Positions 1 to 9,643 of a stretch of DNA of 64,000 bases are shown here, piece by piece (position 1 is the first letter of the stretch; each line of letters starts with the position of its first letter). Under the pieces are notes generated by a model. It was not told where the DNA came from, searched no databases, and saw nothing but the letters and a program-made list of their open reading frames with translations. Made by a program: the position numbers and the translations under genes. This stretch comes from a virus: the IMG/VR virus record IMGVR_UViG_3300023210_000021, positions 1-64,000 of that record. One strand, 5' to 3'.

Positions 1-1
1 A

Positions 2-154
2 TTGGGTGCTCACTTAATGGATTTCACACAATTCTCTCCGTTTGCTAGTTACGGACTAACATTAGCACCTTTGGCTATCTTTTTAGATGGTTGTTTAGCT
101 AGTGGTTGTGTATGGTTAGTCCACACTTTTCAAGAATATTTAGAAGGGGAATAA
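2..154 (+). CDS. 3' end of a small membrane protein (partial, begins before the window)
   Basis: Frame 2 reads LGAHLMDFTQFSPFASYGLTLAPLAIFLDGCLASGCVWLVHTFQEYLEGE* and is hydrophobic. A hairpin follows the stop. Not in the ORF track. Confidence 0.6.
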   Translation: MGAHLMDFTQFSPFASYGLTLAPLAIFLDGCLASGCVWLVHTFQEYLEGE

Positions 155-195
155 AAAAAGTGAGGGGTTAAACGACCCCTTTAAATTTCTTTTTT
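154..195. terminator. Probable bidirectional intrinsic terminator
   Basis: AGGGGT(163-168)-TAAACG-ACCCCT(175-180), with an A-run on the left and a T-rich run on the right, between convergent genes. Confidence 0.65.
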
Positions 196-706
196 ATTTA
201 GGTTCTACAATTATTTGTAATTGTATTATCTTATCATTTGATTTAACATAACCGTCTATATTATATCTATTACCGTCAAGTACCACACCAAGTTCACAAT
301 CAAAAATAAAATCATCTATATCTTTAGTATCCCATGTTTTATTCTTACCACCATTATTATACATATAATGTATTTTTGCATCTGACGTGAAGAATTTACC
401 TTTTTGACTATTAAAATCTTCTACCGATACTTTACCCAATATTAAACCACCTACTAAATCATTTAATTCTCTATCTAATTGTGGATCAAATGGGTAACCT
501 GTTTTACCATCTGATAATTCCCAATTTTTTCTTTCTTGTTCATTAATCAACCTCTTATATTGACTTTCTGATTTTATATCTTCAATATCTTTATACTCTT
601 TTTGTTCATTTAAACTATAATTTCTTTCGTGGTTTTGTCTTTCACTTTCTACCATAAGAGATCTATCTCTCATTGCTTCTACTTTTGGGTTTGTTCTTTT
701 TTTCAT
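194..706 (-). CDS. Hypothetical protein with an internal leader-like motif (ESQYKRLINEQ); putative head cargo
   Basis: 170-aa ORF. The motif nearly matches the N-terminus of 4628..5623 (ESQYKRLFKEQ). Confidence 0.7.
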   Translation of the reverse strand: MKKRTNPKVEAMRDRSLMVESERQNHERNYSLNEQKEYKDIEDIKSESQYKRLINEQERKNWELSDGKTGYPFDPQLDRELNDLVGGLILGKVSVEDFNSQKGKFFTSDAKIHYMYNNGGKNKTWDTKDIDDFIFDCELGVVLDGNRYNIDGYVKSNDKIIQLQIIVEPK

Positions 707-1140
707 TTTCTTACACTTTTAAGTTCAAAGTCTGTAATACCAATTGATTGTAAATATTCAGCCATTTCTTCAGGTCTGTTGGTGTAGTATTCACTACCGT
801 TAGAACCCAATCTTAATGATGATGGCGCAAATCTTTGGTTAACCATATCCATTAGGTTATTGTAGATAAAAACTCTGTTATCATTACTAACTCCAGCATT
901 ATCAGTAAAACTAATACCTAAATACTTGTTTAATAAACCAACAATTTCATCTTCAAAATTAGACACCACTTCAGGATTATTTAAATCATAACTTAAATTT
1001 TCTTCTTTCCCCGTTTTTTCCCTTTCTTCTTCGTAGTATTTTTCTTGTCTTCCTCTAGGGGTTTCTATTTCATACTCAACTAATAATCTTTTATTAGCCT
1101 TTTCCATTAAAAGTCTTTTTTGTTTCTCTAATCTTCCCAT
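703..1140 (-). CDS. Hypothetical protein with an MGRL..KRLLME.ANK.LL.E leader; putative head cargo
   Basis: First 22 aa shared with 58432..59439. TATTTATA lies 14 nt upstream. Confidence 0.75.
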   Translation of the reverse strand: MGRLEKQKRLLMEKANKRLLVEYEIETPRGRQEKYYEEEREKTGKEENLSYDLNNPEVVSNFEDEIVGLLNKYLGISFTDNAGVSNDNRVFIYNNLMDMVNQRFAPSSLRLGSNGSEYYTNRPEEMAEYLQSIGITDFELKSVRK

Positions 1141-1154
1141 AGTATTCTTTTTAT

Positions 1155-1162
1155 TATAAATA
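1155..1162 (-). promoter_or_regulatory. TATTTATA putative phage late promoter (one of about 12 copies)
   Basis: Recurs on the coding strand shortly upstream of start codons; see findings. Confidence 0.65.
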
Positions 1163-1173
1163 TCATTAAAAAC

Positions 1174-1202
1174 AAAAAGAGGAAGTTTTTTAGGCTTCCT
1201 CT
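1174..1202 (-). terminator. Intrinsic terminator overlapping the stop of 1190..1687
   Basis: AGAGGAAG...CTTCCTCT inverted repeat followed by a U-run on the minus strand. Confidence 0.55.
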
Positions 1203-1687
1203 GTTTCTATAATTTCTTCTTCCGTTTCGACTTTGTTATTAGTCGGTGGTAGTTCTATCCCCTTATGTAGTTGTGGGATATCATTTTCAATAGATTCTAT
1301 TGATGATAAATCACTCAACTTCGGTTCTTCTATATCTTCAATTTTAAATTTGAGTCTTTCTAACTCACTCAATGGTTTAGACGTAAACCACATTTTCAAT
1401 TCTTCAATCTTAGCCCTTAATAGAACTAATTTGTGTTCCTTTTCAATATTACCATTTATAATACCCTCCACATGATCCAAAATCATATCAAAATCATTTG
1501 ACTCACCATTTACAGGGTGGAACATATAATAGTTTTCATTATTCTGACTTGCTTTATATGTAATATCGTCTGACTGGTATACATCCCAACCATCCTTTAA
1601 CACTACATCAACTACACCCATATTCTTAACAAACCTAATGCCTGTTACATATGGTCGTAAGTCATTTAACCTCTCTTGTATCATCAT
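1190..1687 (-). CDS. Hypothetical protein with an acidic C-terminus
   Basis: 165-aa ORF within the operon. Confidence 0.75.
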   Translation of the reverse strand: MMIQERLNDLRPYVTGIRFVKNMGVVDVVLKDGWDVYQSDDITYKASQNNENYYMFHPVNGESNDFDMILDHVEGIINGNIEKEHKLVLLRAKIEELKMWFTSKPLSELERLKFKIEDIEEPKLSDLSSIESIENDIPQLHKGIELPPTNNKVETEEEIIETEEA

Positions 1688-1700
1688 AAAACATTTTTAT

Positions 1701-1901
1701 TTATAATATGGTTAACCCATTAAAAATGGACATTAAGATAAAAGCAATAGATATACCCAAAAATAGTAAAGATTTATTATCTAAAACAAATCTCTCTTTA
1801 TTGTATACACTACGAGAAAGAAAGAATATGTTTCGAACCACAGTCAAACCACTCATAAAGAATATGAATATTAATATTTTATTAACTATATCTATTGCCA
1901 T
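1701..1901 (-). CDS. Small two-TM membrane protein (possible holin)
   Basis: Two hydrophobic segments in 66 aa; about 1 kb from an amidase gene. Confidence 0.55.
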   Translation of the reverse strand: MAIDIVNKILIFIFFMSGLTVVRNIFFLSRSVYNKERFVLDNKSLLFLGISIAFILMSIFNGLTIL

Positions 1902-1911
1902 CTTATTTTAA

Positions 1912-2097
1912 TTAGGATACTGCTTCTGTTTTTTTCATTTCAGAAACGTTAATTCTAATTTCTTGTGATAAATTCTTAATCTCCTGTAACCCTTTTCTTA
2001 ATCTTGTTCCAGCGGCTTTATTACCTTTATCATAAAACTTCTCTGCTTCCGCCTCAATTTCTGCGACTTTTGCTTTTAACTCTTCAAATTTTTCCAT
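1912..2097 (-). CDS. Hc1-type 'histone H1-like' small DNA-binding protein
   Basis: KFYDKGNKAAGTRLRKGLQEIKNLSQEIR matches the Hc1 / Bacteroidota 'histone H1' signature. Confidence 0.8.
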   Translation of the reverse strand: MEKFEELKAKVAEIEAEAEKFYDKGNKAAGTRLRKGLQEIKNLSQEIRINVSEMKKTEAVS

Positions 2098-2111
2098 TTT
2101 AAAAAAATTAT

Positions 2112-2351
2112 TTATTTATTATTATTTTCCTCATTTAGAGGAGTGCTTAAAACGTCTTCTGGAATCATTCCAGAAAAAGCTTCAATATTGTTATTTGCTT
2201 TTGTTAAATCATCTATTAAAACTATCGCCATGTCTGATTTTTCATCAGTAGATATGTCTTCTCTTTTTAAGAGTAATCTCATATCTAATTCAACCATCTC
2301 TCTTTGGTTAAGTAGTTTTGTTAAAACAATTTCTATAAACTCCTTAGTCAT
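2112..2351 (-). CDS. Hypothetical protein
   Basis: 79-aa helical ORF within the operon. Confidence 0.65.
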   Translation of the reverse strand: MTKEFIEIVLTKLLNQREMVELDMRLLLKREDISTDEKSDMAIVLIDDLTKANNNIEAFSGMIPEDVLSTPLNEENNNK

Positions 2352-2395
2352 ACACCAACTATAAAACCTTTTTTCTTTAAAATAAATAGTTTAAA

Positions 2396-2872
2396 CTACG
2401 TTTTTAACTTATAATTAAGACTTTTCTCAAATAATTTATATAATACTATAAGTAAATCCATATCTGACCTAGTTTTAATTCTATGGAAATCAAAAGATAA
2501 ATTAGATAACATATTTAATTTTGCCATTATATCTTCTTTATCATCAACAAGATAAAATAATTCATTATAAAAGTTAAAAAAATATAATTTTAACCCATCT
2601 GTATCTTCAAAAATAATATTTTCTGATTTAAAATCAACCACTACCTTATTAAAACACCACAAATAATGTCTTTTCTGATCCTCTTCTGTGATTACTACAT
2701 CATCACCTAAGTAAGTGTCAATTACCAATAAGTTAAGCGTCTTTATAAAATCATAATAAAGTTCACACTTATCATACCTAACATTATTTGCTTTATACAA
2801 TAATGTCATCTCTTCTTTTGTGAGTGGTGTTCCGATATAGCTTAAAAATTCTATCGTGTTCATTTTATCCAT
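2396..2872 (-). CDS. Hypothetical protein
   Basis: 158-aa ORF with a TATTTATT variant 2 nt upstream of the first ATG. Confidence 0.75.
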   Translation of the reverse strand: MDKMNTIEFLSYIGTPLTKEEMTLLYKANNVRYDKCELYYDFIKTLNLLVIDTYLGDDVVITEEDQKRHYLWCFNKVVVDFKSENIIFEDTDGLKLYFFNFYNELFYLVDDKEDIMAKLNMLSNLSFDFHRIKTRSDMDLLIVLYKLFEKSLNYKLKT

Positions 2873-2902
2873 ACAATAAATATATGGTGGAAAAACTAAC
2901 TA

Positions 2903-3784
2903 TTAAAGGCTTAATAACATATCGATCAATTCCTCTTGTGGGAATAAATCTGTTTTGTCTTTTCTAGTTGATGTATGAGTCCACATCCCTTTTACTTTAC
3001 CATAATAAGCATTTTCATTAAATTCAAATCCATCAGCCCCGTTCTTTCTAATCTCTTCAACTAACCCTTTACGAACATCGATAGAGTCTCTTTCTGCTAT
3101 AAACAAAATCCATAATCTAAGTGCTTCGATTTGATTATCAGAATATCTATGCCATGTTTTATGACCCCTGAATGGTTTTGATAGTGTTACTATTTGTGAT
3201 TCATGTGCTGTTGTCCCAGCATATGTTTTACCATTAACAATATACCCAAAGTTACATACCTCAATACCTACTGAATTTGTGTGCATATATTGTGAACCAT
3301 TTTTACCTAAATGCCAACCATATCCACCATCGGGAAATGCTTGAACCATCGTACCGTCCCAGTTAGTGTCGTAACCTTCAACTGAAGGTCCACCCATTAC
3401 AAATTCGGTTGCTACAGCTCCTCTATCATCTCTACCCCATGAATCTATACAATTAAGTGGTTTGTGCCACCCTGCTGTGTGATGTAAGAATACATACTCT
3501 TTAGATGTTGGTCCCACTTTATATTCACCACTTGGTAAAAAGTGTTTTTGAATTACTAATCCGTTTGGTGTTGTGTAAAATTGTTCTGTGTTATCTGTTG
3601 TTGCTAATCCCATAGCGTCCCATGTTTTAGATCCGACTATACCATCATCATCAAGACCATTATCAAATTGCCATGTTTTAACCGACCTTTCTGTACCTGA
3701 ACCGAAAATTCCATCGGCAGATATATTTAAAAACTCTTGAAGTTCTTTAACTTCTTTTCCCTTAGAACCTTTTTTTAATACCAT
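2903..3784 (-). CDS. N-acetylmuramoyl-L-alanine amidase (amidase_2) with an N-terminal peptidoglycan-binding domain; endolysin candidate
   Basis: PG_binding_1 pattern LKKGSKGKEVKELQ..DGIFG..DGIVG. Zn/catalytic motifs LHHTAG, SVGIEVCN, WTH..KTD. Confidence 0.85.
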   Translation of the reverse strand: MVLKKGSKGKEVKELQEFLNISADGIFGSGTERSVKTWQFDNGLDDDGIVGSKTWDAMGLATTDNTEQFYTTPNGLVIQKHFLPSGEYKVGPTSKEYVFLHHTAGWHKPLNCIDSWGRDDRGAVATEFVMGGPSVEGYDTNWDGTMVQAFPDGGYGWHLGKNGSQYMHTNSVGIEVCNFGYIVNGKTYAGTTAHESQIVTLSKPFRGHKTWHRYSDNQIEALRLWILFIAERDSIDVRKGLVEEIRKNGADGFEFNENAYYGKVKGMWTHTSTRKDKTDLFPQEELIDMLLSL

Positions 3785-4638
3785 TACTTAATTGTTTTTC
3801 TTTTTATTTTATAACCTTCGAACATATACCCACCATGTTCTACAAAATCTTTGTATTTGTTTAGTATTGGAACACTTTTACCACATATTCTTTTTATTAC
3901 CATAAGCCATCTTTCACAATACCCTTTTATTTCTGTGTCACTATAATTTAAAGGTGGTTTTAGATAAGCACTTTTTATATACCCACTATCTAATACGTCA
4001 CTATATTGTCTACCTTCATTAGCAACTAACCAATCCCCAAAAGAGTCCTCATTAAAGCTTAAAAAATCATACCCATAACCCTTTATTGTGTCAGGTAATA
4101 AATTAAAAAATATTGATCCTTGAAAGCTCGTTTCTTCTGTGACATATGTTTCATCACTATTAGGTACTGTTCCTTCATACTCACCAACAACTCTCATTGT
4201 AACCCAAACATCTGGATTCATATCTTCTTCGATCATAGTTTCAATATCCTCAGATATATTAAGCTCCCCACTAATACCATCAAATTCAAAAACGGTTTTA
4301 TTTTCATAATTCTTTTCTAAATACATCAACAAAATTTCTTTAGTTAACTTTGCTAAGTCTGGTGACATAACATCATACCCAGTAACTTTCTCTATACCTT
4401 CTTCACTAAATAAAAATTCCTTATATTTTTCATAAGTCATATAAAGAGTTGTCATCTCGTGCATGTCTACTCCAGCTTTTTTTGCTAAACTAAAAAGAAA
4501 ATCATTCACATTACCTGACCCTTCTTTGTAATCTTCAGTGTTTAATTGTTTATGTATCATTTTTAATATACCCTTATCAAACTTATTCATTTGTAAGTTG
4601 TCTATCATTGCCTCTGTTATAATCCCCTTAAACTTCAT
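3784..4638 (-). CDS. Hypothetical protein with a short I-x-E leader (MKFKGIITEA)
   Basis: 284-aa ORF. The helical segment after the leader resembles those in 18081..19040 and 19040..19972. Confidence 0.7.
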   Translation of the reverse strand: MKFKGIITEAMIDNLQMNKFDKGILKMIHKQLNTEDYKEGSGNVNDFLFSLAKKAGVDMHEMTTLYMTYEKYKEFLFSEEGIEKVTGYDVMSPDLAKLTKEILLMYLEKNYENKTVFEFDGISGELNISEDIETMIEEDMNPDVWVTMRVVGEYEGTVPNSDETYVTEETSFQGSIFFNLLPDTIKGYGYDFLSFNEDSFGDWLVANEGRQYSDVLDSGYIKSAYLKPPLNYSDTEIKGYCERWLMVIKRICGKSVPILNKYKDFVEHGGYMFEGYKIKRKTIK

Positions 4639-5623
4639 CTGTCCCTAATAATTTATTTAACCCTTTAATTATTTTTGATGACAACTCTTTTTCTCCTGAG
4701 TCGTCTGTATTTTTTATGATTTTTTGATTATCCCTTATAATTTTTTTAATCTCATATTTCTTTTTACCTTTATGTGAATCTACGATTTTATCAGCTTTAA
4801 TACCATATTTAGTATCTTTACTTAGTTCCATTTTTGAGTCGTCTGATTGTGGTAATTTTTCTAGTTTTTTAGATATTGGGTCAATTCTTTTTGGTTCTTT
4901 TTGTCTATTAATTATTGCGATATTTTTTATATCGGAACCTACCCCTGTAAATTTTAACAGACCTTTACCACAACACTTATAGTGTGGATGATCCATTGTT
5001 CTTAATGCGGTATCATAAAAATGATAGTGGTTGATGTCACTCATTAACCCTATGTGGAAATGAGGTCCCGTCCCACCAGTATTTCTCTTGAATTCATTTA
5101 AAAATGATATATCAGGGTAGTCACCCATTGCAAGTTTTAATACCGCCTTTTCGATTTTCTTTTGTACCTCATCATCATTACCACTTATAACATAAAAATC
5201 TATTGCATTTCCTGTTTTGTGATTACTACTATCTTTTGCTTGATGGTAGGCATCATTACCACTACTAATCATTAAATTTAAACTAGTCATATCCTCAATT
5301 TTTTTAAGAATATATAAAAGTTCTACATTAAAATTAGTATTTGATCCATAACCAGAAATTATTTCAGGTGCATATATGGGGTAGTTTTCCTTTATTTTAC
5401 TTGGAAATTTATTAACATCATAACCTAACTCTTTCCAAGTAACTTTATATTCTTCACTATCAGCAGTCTGCTTTAAGTCTAAACCCAACTCCATTGCTTT
5501 TGTTAACGTATCACTTATGTTTTTTGGTGGGGTGATTAGTTTAGTTGAGTCATCCTTAGTTTCATCACTTTGTTCTTTAAAAAGTCTTTTATATTGTGAT
5601 TCATTTATAATAATCTTCTTCAT
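4628..5623 (-). CDS. Peptidase M15-like (LAS) metallopeptidase with a cargo-type leader
   Basis: ISSG, SNHKTGNAIDF (SxHxxGxAxD) and PHFH motifs. N-terminus MKKIIINESQYKRLFKEQ. TATTTATA lies 4 nt upstream. Confidence 0.7.
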   Translation of the reverse strand: MKKIIINESQYKRLFKEQSDETKDDSTKLITPPKNISDTLTKAMELGLDLKQTADSEEYKVTWKELGYDVNKFPSKIKENYPIYAPEIISGYGSNTNFNVELLYILKKIEDMTSLNLMISSGNDAYHQAKDSSNHKTGNAIDFYVISGNDDEVQKKIEKAVLKLAMGDYPDISFLNEFKRNTGGTGPHFHIGLMSDINHYHFYDTALRTMDHPHYKCCGKGLLKFTGVGSDIKNIAIINRQKEPKRIDPISKKLEKLPQSDDSKMELSKDTKYGIKADKIVDSHKGKKKYEIKKIIRDNQKIIKNTDDSGEKELSSKIIKGLNKLLGTDEV

Positions 5624-5627
5624 ATCA

Positions 5628-5635
5628 TATAAATA
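5628..5635 (-). promoter_or_regulatory. TATTTATA putative late promoter
   Basis: 4 nt upstream of the ATG at 5623 and just downstream of a terminator. Confidence 0.65.
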
Positions 5636-5647
5636 CTTTTAAAGCAC

Positions 5648-5675
5648 AAAAAAACCCCATCATTTCTGATGAGGT
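5648..5675 (-). terminator. Intrinsic terminator
   Basis: Minus strand ACCTCATCA-GAAA-TGATGGGGT followed by a T-run. Confidence 0.75.
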
Positions 5676-5698
5676 CTTTATAATTGGGTGTTGTAGTT

Positions 5699-6562
5699 TT
5701 ATTTCTCTTTTTTTTCTCTAATGATGTCCATCATTTTATTAAACTCAACTGTTTCGTTAATGTAGTTGTTAGTTTTCCCAACAACATCTGATGACTTATA
5801 GTTAGATAACTTTTTCATCATTTCTTTTGATTCATTAATTTTATTTTCATCTTTATGTAATAAAGATACTGCTTCACCAGTTTTAGAGTTACCTTCCCAT
5901 CTCACTTTATAAGTTTGGTTACCGTCAGCCATTAAAAATGTGTTGTTGTCTACCTTATAACTTTCTTTAATTAAAGACATCATGTGCTTCTCATCCTTAA
6001 ATTCCTGTTTGAAGTTTAATCTTTTCATATTACTTTCGTTTTTTGTTGTTCTTACTCTCGGTGTTTTTTGATATTCATCTTTTATCCCATCAAAGTCACC
6101 ATATTTATAATCTTTATATTCTTGTCCTTTTTCTTTTAATTCATCGTAAACATTACCTTTCTCACCTTCACCAAACCCATCATGTGTTCCAAAATCTTTA
6201 TTATATTCTGAATCATCATTAATTGCGTCAATTCTGTCCATAAATTGTTTAAAGGTTTCGGTATCATCATTGTCATACCTAAGTCCCTGCATTTTACCTG
6301 CACCTTTTGCAGCAATTTCATAACCATCTAGGTCATCTTTTCTTGTGGTTTTTGGTGGGTTCTCTAATGCGTCTTCAGATCCCTCATCAAACTTATATAA
6401 ATCTTTAAGTTTGGTGTAGGTATTCATAGCGGCATCGTTAATTTTTTTAGAATCTCTTTGTATCTTCTCTGTATAATCTAAACCCTTAGCTTTAATGTCA
6501 GCCTCATTAACGGTTTTAATCACTATATTCTTTGTTAAAAATTTCTTTCCCATTGGTCTCAT
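5699..6562 (-). CDS. Hypothetical, probably virion/head-associated protein with several x-N-E motifs
   Basis: 287 aa with TVNEA, KNES, INES and INET motifs. TATTTATA at 6569-6576. Confidence 0.7.
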   Translation of the reverse strand: MRPMGKKFLTKNIVIKTVNEADIKAKGLDYTEKIQRDSKKINDAAMNTYTKLKDLYKFDEGSEDALENPPKTTRKDDLDGYEIAAKGAGKMQGLRYDNDDTETFKQFMDRIDAINDDSEYNKDFGTHDGFGEGEKGNVYDELKEKGQEYKDYKYGDFDGIKDEYQKTPRVRTTKNESNMKRLNFKQEFKDEKHMMSLIKESYKVDNNTFLMADGNQTYKVRWEGNSKTGEAVSLLHKDENKINESKEMMKKLSNYKSSDVVGKTNNYINETVEFNKMMDIIREKKEK

Positions 6563-6567
6563 TTCTT

Positions 6568-8013
6568 TTATAAATACTTATTAATTAAAGAATGTACATA
6601 TTTTTTTGATTTTCCAGTCTGTTTACAAATACTTTCAATCAATTCTACATCACTATTCTCTATTGGTTTATTCTTTGTTGGTAAAATACTAATACCTTTT
6701 TTATTAAGTAATTTCTCTAATACCAATGGTAATACCGATGATATAACACCCATCGATAACACACCAAATATTTTAGCAATATCAATAGATTGTTCTTTTA
6801 AGAACCTATATTCATCTTCTGATACTTCCTTTCTCAATAATACTTTTTTTAATATTCCTGCAGCAATAGTAGTTTCTTTACCTTCTCTTTTAGCTGCACC
6901 CAAAAACTTAACCCAACTATCCTTTATTTTTTCTTTATTTTTATTAATAGATTCCAGCCCCTCTTTAAATGGTGTCTTACTCATTTCAATAGCGTTTGAA
7001 TCTTGAATACAATATGGGAATGTTTTACATTTTTCTTTTACCTTAACGAATGTACTTAAATTCTTTCCATTACCTTTATAAGTAACTTTATGGTCATTTC
7101 CTTTTCTCTGTACTGCGTTTCCCTTTTTTCCTTTTGTACCCATAAACTTATTATTACCCCAACCACCTGGTGAGTCATAAATCCCAATAGAACTACCATC
7201 TGTTGACTCTAACATCTCTTTCTTACTGAATACATTTGTTTCTTTTAATTGATTCTTCTTAAAAACCTTACCTTCACTCCTAAATGAATACATTTTACCT
7301 ATCGGTTTAGTCATACCACCAGCACTACTAACTGGTACTTTACCTTTATAAAAACTTCTCTTAATAGGTTTGCGTTTACCTCCTAGTGCACCAACAAATG
7401 CCCCGCTACCCCCAGCGGTTGATGATTCCTCTATTTCTTCCTCAAATTTAATATCTTTTTTCTTTATTCTTTTTTTATTAAATTTTTCCAAACCTTTTTC
7501 AGAAGACTTAACACCATATTTTTTATTCGTGTAGTAATCGGGAAATTCTTCAATATGATCCATAGCGATTTCCTCAGCAGTATCATCACTATTAGTATGT
7601 TCTCTCTCTATCTTCTTCCCCACTTTAATTTCGTCAACAATATCTTTAAGTCTTACGTTGTGTTTCTTTGATAACTCTTCTGTTGTTGTATCATCTGCGA
7701 CACCACCTTCAATTTTATCCTCACCTTCAAATTTTATCTTCTGTAAATCAGGTGAACCACTTAACCCAGCTTGAGTTTTAAATTCTTTACCACTAGCAGA
7801 TAAATCTTCATCTAGAACTTCTTCTCTACCAACCCTACATTTAACTTTAATGAAAGATTGTTTTAATTTATCATATTGTGAATCATCTTCACCCACCTTA
7901 TATTGTTTTATGAATTGGTTGATTACCTTAACCGCAGTTTTTAGGTGATCCCTACTCTTACATAAAGTAAGGATTGATTTTACCTTGTCGTAGTGTTCTT
8001 TTCTTTTATCCAT
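6568..8013 (-). CDS. Multi-domain protein with a DUF5661-like motif; putative head cargo
   Basis: GKKIEREHT..AEEIAMDHIEEFPDYY matches DUF5661. Also KVFKKNQLKE and EMLES motifs. Confidence 0.65.
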   Translation of the reverse strand: MDKRKEHYDKVKSILTLCKSRDHLKTAVKVINQFIKQYKVGEDDSQYDKLKQSFIKVKCRVGREEVLDEDLSASGKEFKTQAGLSGSPDLQKIKFEGEDKIEGGVADDTTTEELSKKHNVRLKDIVDEIKVGKKIEREHTNSDDTAEEIAMDHIEEFPDYYTNKKYGVKSSEKGLEKFNKKRIKKKDIKFEEEIEESSTAGGSGAFVGALGGKRKPIKRSFYKGKVPVSSAGGMTKPIGKMYSFRSEGKVFKKNQLKETNVFSKKEMLESTDGSSIGIYDSPGGWGNNKFMGTKGKKGNAVQRKGNDHKVTYKGNGKNLSTFVKVKEKCKTFPYCIQDSNAIEMSKTPFKEGLESINKNKEKIKDSWVKFLGAAKREGKETTIAAGILKKVLLRKEVSEDEYRFLKEQSIDIAKIFGVLSMGVISSVLPLVLEKLLNKKGISILPTKNKPIENSDVELIESICKQTGKSKKYVHSLINKYL

Positions 8014-8273
8014 TATTTAATACCACTTTTCCAGAACATTCTTCTCATCCATAATTGCTTATAGAGTTGTTCTAATACATCTTTACTTATTTTTACCACT
8101 TGTTTTTCAAACTTACTACCTTTAATTTCTTTTGCAACTATTGTAGAAACTTTTTTTTCTAAATCACTACCAAAAGATTGTTTAATCTCCTTACGGATCA
8201 TAGACTCAATCTTTTTCTCGTCAGTCTTAGTTAGAGCTTCGTTGATTATTTGTTTAAGGCGTTTTTCTTCCAT
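8013..8273 (-). CDS. Small basic hypothetical protein (start corrected to MEEKRLKQIINEA)
   Basis: TATTTATA at 8277-8284 lies 3 nt before the ATG at 8273, so the ORF-track start at 8294 would contain the promoter. Confidence 0.7.
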   Translation of the reverse strand: MEEKRLKQIINEALTKTDEKKIESMIRKEIKQSFGSDLEKKVSTIVAKEIKGSKFEKQVVKISKDVLEQLYKQLWMRRMFWKSGIK

Positions 8274-8302
8274 ACTTATAAATATATGGAACAACGGAAA
8301 AA

Positions 8303-8773
8303 TTAGGCTAAAGCTAATAATGTAAGTATAGGTAATATGACTGCAGCAGAGAAACCTACTACTTTAAGAAATTTCTGTTTCCTAATCTCCTTTTTTTGTT
8401 GTTTAATGGTGTTTTCTAATAACTCTTTTTCTTTATCATTATTAGCAATTACACTATCAAAATTCTCCAACATCTGTTGGAGATTTGTATTTTGTTGTGT
8501 GAGATTATCTAATTGTGTCTTTTGAAGTGTGATTTTTTCAGTATTTAAACTATCCCTTTTCTTAAATTTTGTTAATAAACTATCAGCATATTCATAATGT
8601 AACACATCCTCTAGTAAAACTTTTGCATCATTATAATGCATCTCTACTAATGTATCCCCTTTTTGGTTAATCGTTACCTTGACTCTCTCTTCGAATGAAG
8701 TAGTTTGACAATTCGATTGCAACCCCATCAGCATTAAGGACACGAACCCTATCAGAAACTTTATCTTTCTCAT
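8303..8773 (-). CDS. Signal-peptide coiled-coil protein with a C-terminal hydrophobic helix; spanin-like
   Basis: N-terminal signal (MRKIKFLIGFVSLMLMGLQSNC), coiled coil and C-terminal TM. Overlaps the upstream gene by 107 nt. Confidence 0.55.
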   Translation of the reverse strand: MRKIKFLIGFVSLMLMGLQSNCQTTSFEERVKVTINQKGDTLVEMHYNDAKVLLEDVLHYEYADSLLTKFKKRDSLNTEKITLQKTQLDNLTQQNTNLQQMLENFDSVIANNDKEKELLENTIKQQKKEIRKQKFLKVVGFSAAVILPILTLLALA

Positions 8774-9053
8774 CTTGTAAATTGGCTATATTACCGCTAT
8801 TGTTATTAAGTCCACCATCGATTTCTATAATGTCGTCTATGATTTCATCATATTTAATAGTTAAATCATCATTTTTATTTTTTAGATCGTCATTACTATG
8901 AAGTAAACTATCATTTTGTTCTTTTAGATTATTTAATTCATCTTTATAATTGTCAATACCCTTATTACCTCCGCCACCGAAGATAAACATCAATATTAAA
9001 GCCACCGCCAGAATTAAAATGAATATTGTTTTTATGTCTAAATTTTTAAACAT
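8667..9053 (-). CDS. N-terminal TM plus coiled-coil protein; i-spanin-like
   Basis: IFILILAVALILMFIF anchor followed by heptads; overlapped by the next gene in another frame. Confidence 0.55.
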   Translation of the reverse strand: MFKNLDIKTIFILILAVALILMFIFGGGGNKGIDNYKDELNNLKEQNDSLLHSNDDLKNKNDDLTIKYDEIIDDIIEIDGGLNNNSGNIANLQDEKDKVSDRVRVLNADGVAIELSNYFIRRESQGND

Positions 9054-9643
9054 TAAGCAAACGTATCGTCTTCATCTGGTAAGTCATCACCTGGCTCAAA
9101 GCCAATACCCTCTACTTCTTCTACTTCTTCTACATCTTCATTACTAATCGAAGTGTTATACTCCTCAGCTATTCTATTAGCCCACTCATCAGACCATGCT
9201 TTATAATAACCAACCAATTTTTTTATTACCTCTAAGGTTTCATCTCTTAATTGTAACATATCAGTGGTTATATAAACACCAGTACTATCATCCAATGAAT
9301 AAAACCACTCAATTCTACTGTCAGTAAATTTACCACCGAATTCAACATTTTGTGACTTTGGGTATAATTTAAATTTATTAAACTCCACCCTATTATGAAC
9401 AGTTTGCCTAAATTTATCTTCTTCTTCTTTTAACTCATCAGTATCTAATTCTCTTACTTCACCAGAAATTTCTTCATTTTCATCTGGCATATCTGCGATT
9501 TCAAACCCACTATCAGGATCCATTTGATCTGTGGGGTTTAAAGTAGGGTCTAATTGTTCTTTTATCATTTGTTTTTTAGATTTTACATCCCCCTCCCTAA
9601 TTAGGTTTAATATTTTTCTTGTTTGATTATCTTGATACCCCAT
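9053..9643 (-). CDS. Acidic hypothetical protein with a leader-like N-terminus
   Basis: TRKILNLIREG...QMIKEQ; 196 aa. Confidence 0.7.
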   Translation of the reverse strand: MGYQDNQTRKILNLIREGDVKSKKQMIKEQLDPTLNPTDQMDPDSGFEIADMPDENEEISGEVRELDTDELKEEEDKFRQTVHNRVEFNKFKLYPKSQNVEFGGKFTDSRIEWFYSLDDSTGVYITTDMLQLRDETLEVIKKLVGYYKAWSDEWANRIAEEYNTSISNEDVEEVEEVEGIGFEPGDDLPDEDDTFA

